NCBI RefSeq assembly: GCF_006345805.1
Contig: NW_021824926.1
Span: forward strand, 1-17,181
Direction: 5' to 3'
Source of the DNA: Octopus sinensis
Taxonomy: Eukaryota
Length of the DNA stretch: 17,181 bases
Shown: positions 16,340 through 17,181 of the stretch, in pieces
How the letters are laid out: the number at the start of each line of letters is the position of its first letter
Position numbering within the stretch: position 1 is the stretch's first letter
Notes under the pieces: generated by a model
Database searches by the model: none
The model's input: only the letters and a program-made list of their open reading frames with translations
What the model was told of the DNA's origin: nothing
Made by a program: the position numbers and the translations under genes

Positions 16340-16950
16340 TAAAGAGGGGAAAAGTGGTAGTGAGACTGGTTTTGGCGATGGAGATGGTTATCTAAATCAG
16401 TCTCCCGAGCAGTCGTCTCACAGGAAGTGAGATCGCTATGGCGAAAGTTCTTTTGGGGAGATTGTCACAGACTGTTGTCTGTTTCTACTTGTGAGAGAGT
16501 GGACAAGGGAGAAAGAGTGGTAGAGAGGGGGAGAGAGAGAGTGGTAGAGAGAGAGATAGAAATGGGAAGAGAGAAAAGTAGAGAGGGGAAAGGGAAAGGT
16601 AGAGATGGAGAGAGAGAAAGGTGGAGACAGGGAACGAGAGAGTGGTAGAGGTGGGAGAGAGTGGCCGAGAGGCGGAGAAAGAGTGGTAGTGAGGGGGAGA
16701 GAGAGTGGTGGAGAGGGGATAAAAGTGGTCATCTTCATCATTGTTCGACCGTGGTCGAGACAATGGAATTTACCATGCTACGCCAGACTTCACGGTCCAT
16801 CATAGCATTACGGAGGTCCTGTTGCTGGATGCCTGTATCCCTGGAGATTACATCAAGGTAGGAGAGTGTGCGCCCTCTGGTATTGCGAGTAGATGGCTTC
16901 CAGAGGAGAAGAGTAGAAATTACCTCTTTTTCAGCTTTTAAAAGTGGTAG
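16340..16950 (+). pseudogene. Possible degenerate L1/Tx1 ORF2 fragment (post-RT region), split by a purine-rich repeat
   Basis: LKRGKVVVRLVLAMEMVI*ISL and VRSLWRKFFWGDCHRLLSVSTC resemble the LKG...Y.L...F.W region that follows the RT domain in L1/Tx1. The part after 16720 is not clearly assignable. Confidence 0.4.
16495..16716. repeat. Purine-rich degenerate repeat (GAGAGAGTGGTA-like units)
   Basis: Direct reading. Confidence 0.85.
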
Positions 16951-17181
16951 AGGCGAGGAGAGAGTGATGGCGAGGGAGAGAGAGAGCTAAAATGAAAAAA
17001 AAATGATAAAAGGTTTTATAAAACCATTAAATAGTAAGTCCACATCACTTCGTGAGGAGCAAAAGACCTCGACTATTTCATGCCAGAGGACGCGATCTTA
17101 GGTTATCTCCTTGATTTTAGACTAAGAGACACCGATTGCTCTCAATTCAGCCTCTGTGCATCCTTTCCAGGTCTTCTCGGT

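Overview
This is non-coding eukaryotic DNA made almost entirely of nested, decayed transposable elements and compound microsatellites. The SINE families look like those of octopods (Octopus sp.); that is recognition from memory, not a database result. I see no intact host gene, rRNA, tRNA gene or CRISPR array. Nearly all supplied ORFs are microsatellite translations or antisense read-throughs. Recognisable parts are: a fragmented L1/Tx1-clade LINE ORF2 (about 200-3200, +); a broken mariner transposon (4182-5754, -); an RTE-clade LINE 3' end (about 7812-9050, -); four copies of one ~256-bp hAT-type MITE, each carrying nested insertions; a second hAT-type MITE; and about a dozen tRNA-derived SINEs of at least four families. 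The most unexpected signal is a cluster of minimal type-I hammerhead-ribozyme-like motifs (14768-14850, 12901-12939, a remnant at 13717-13758, possibly 404-454). They resemble those of Penelope-like elements and retrozymes, and each copy has core substitutions or a deletion.
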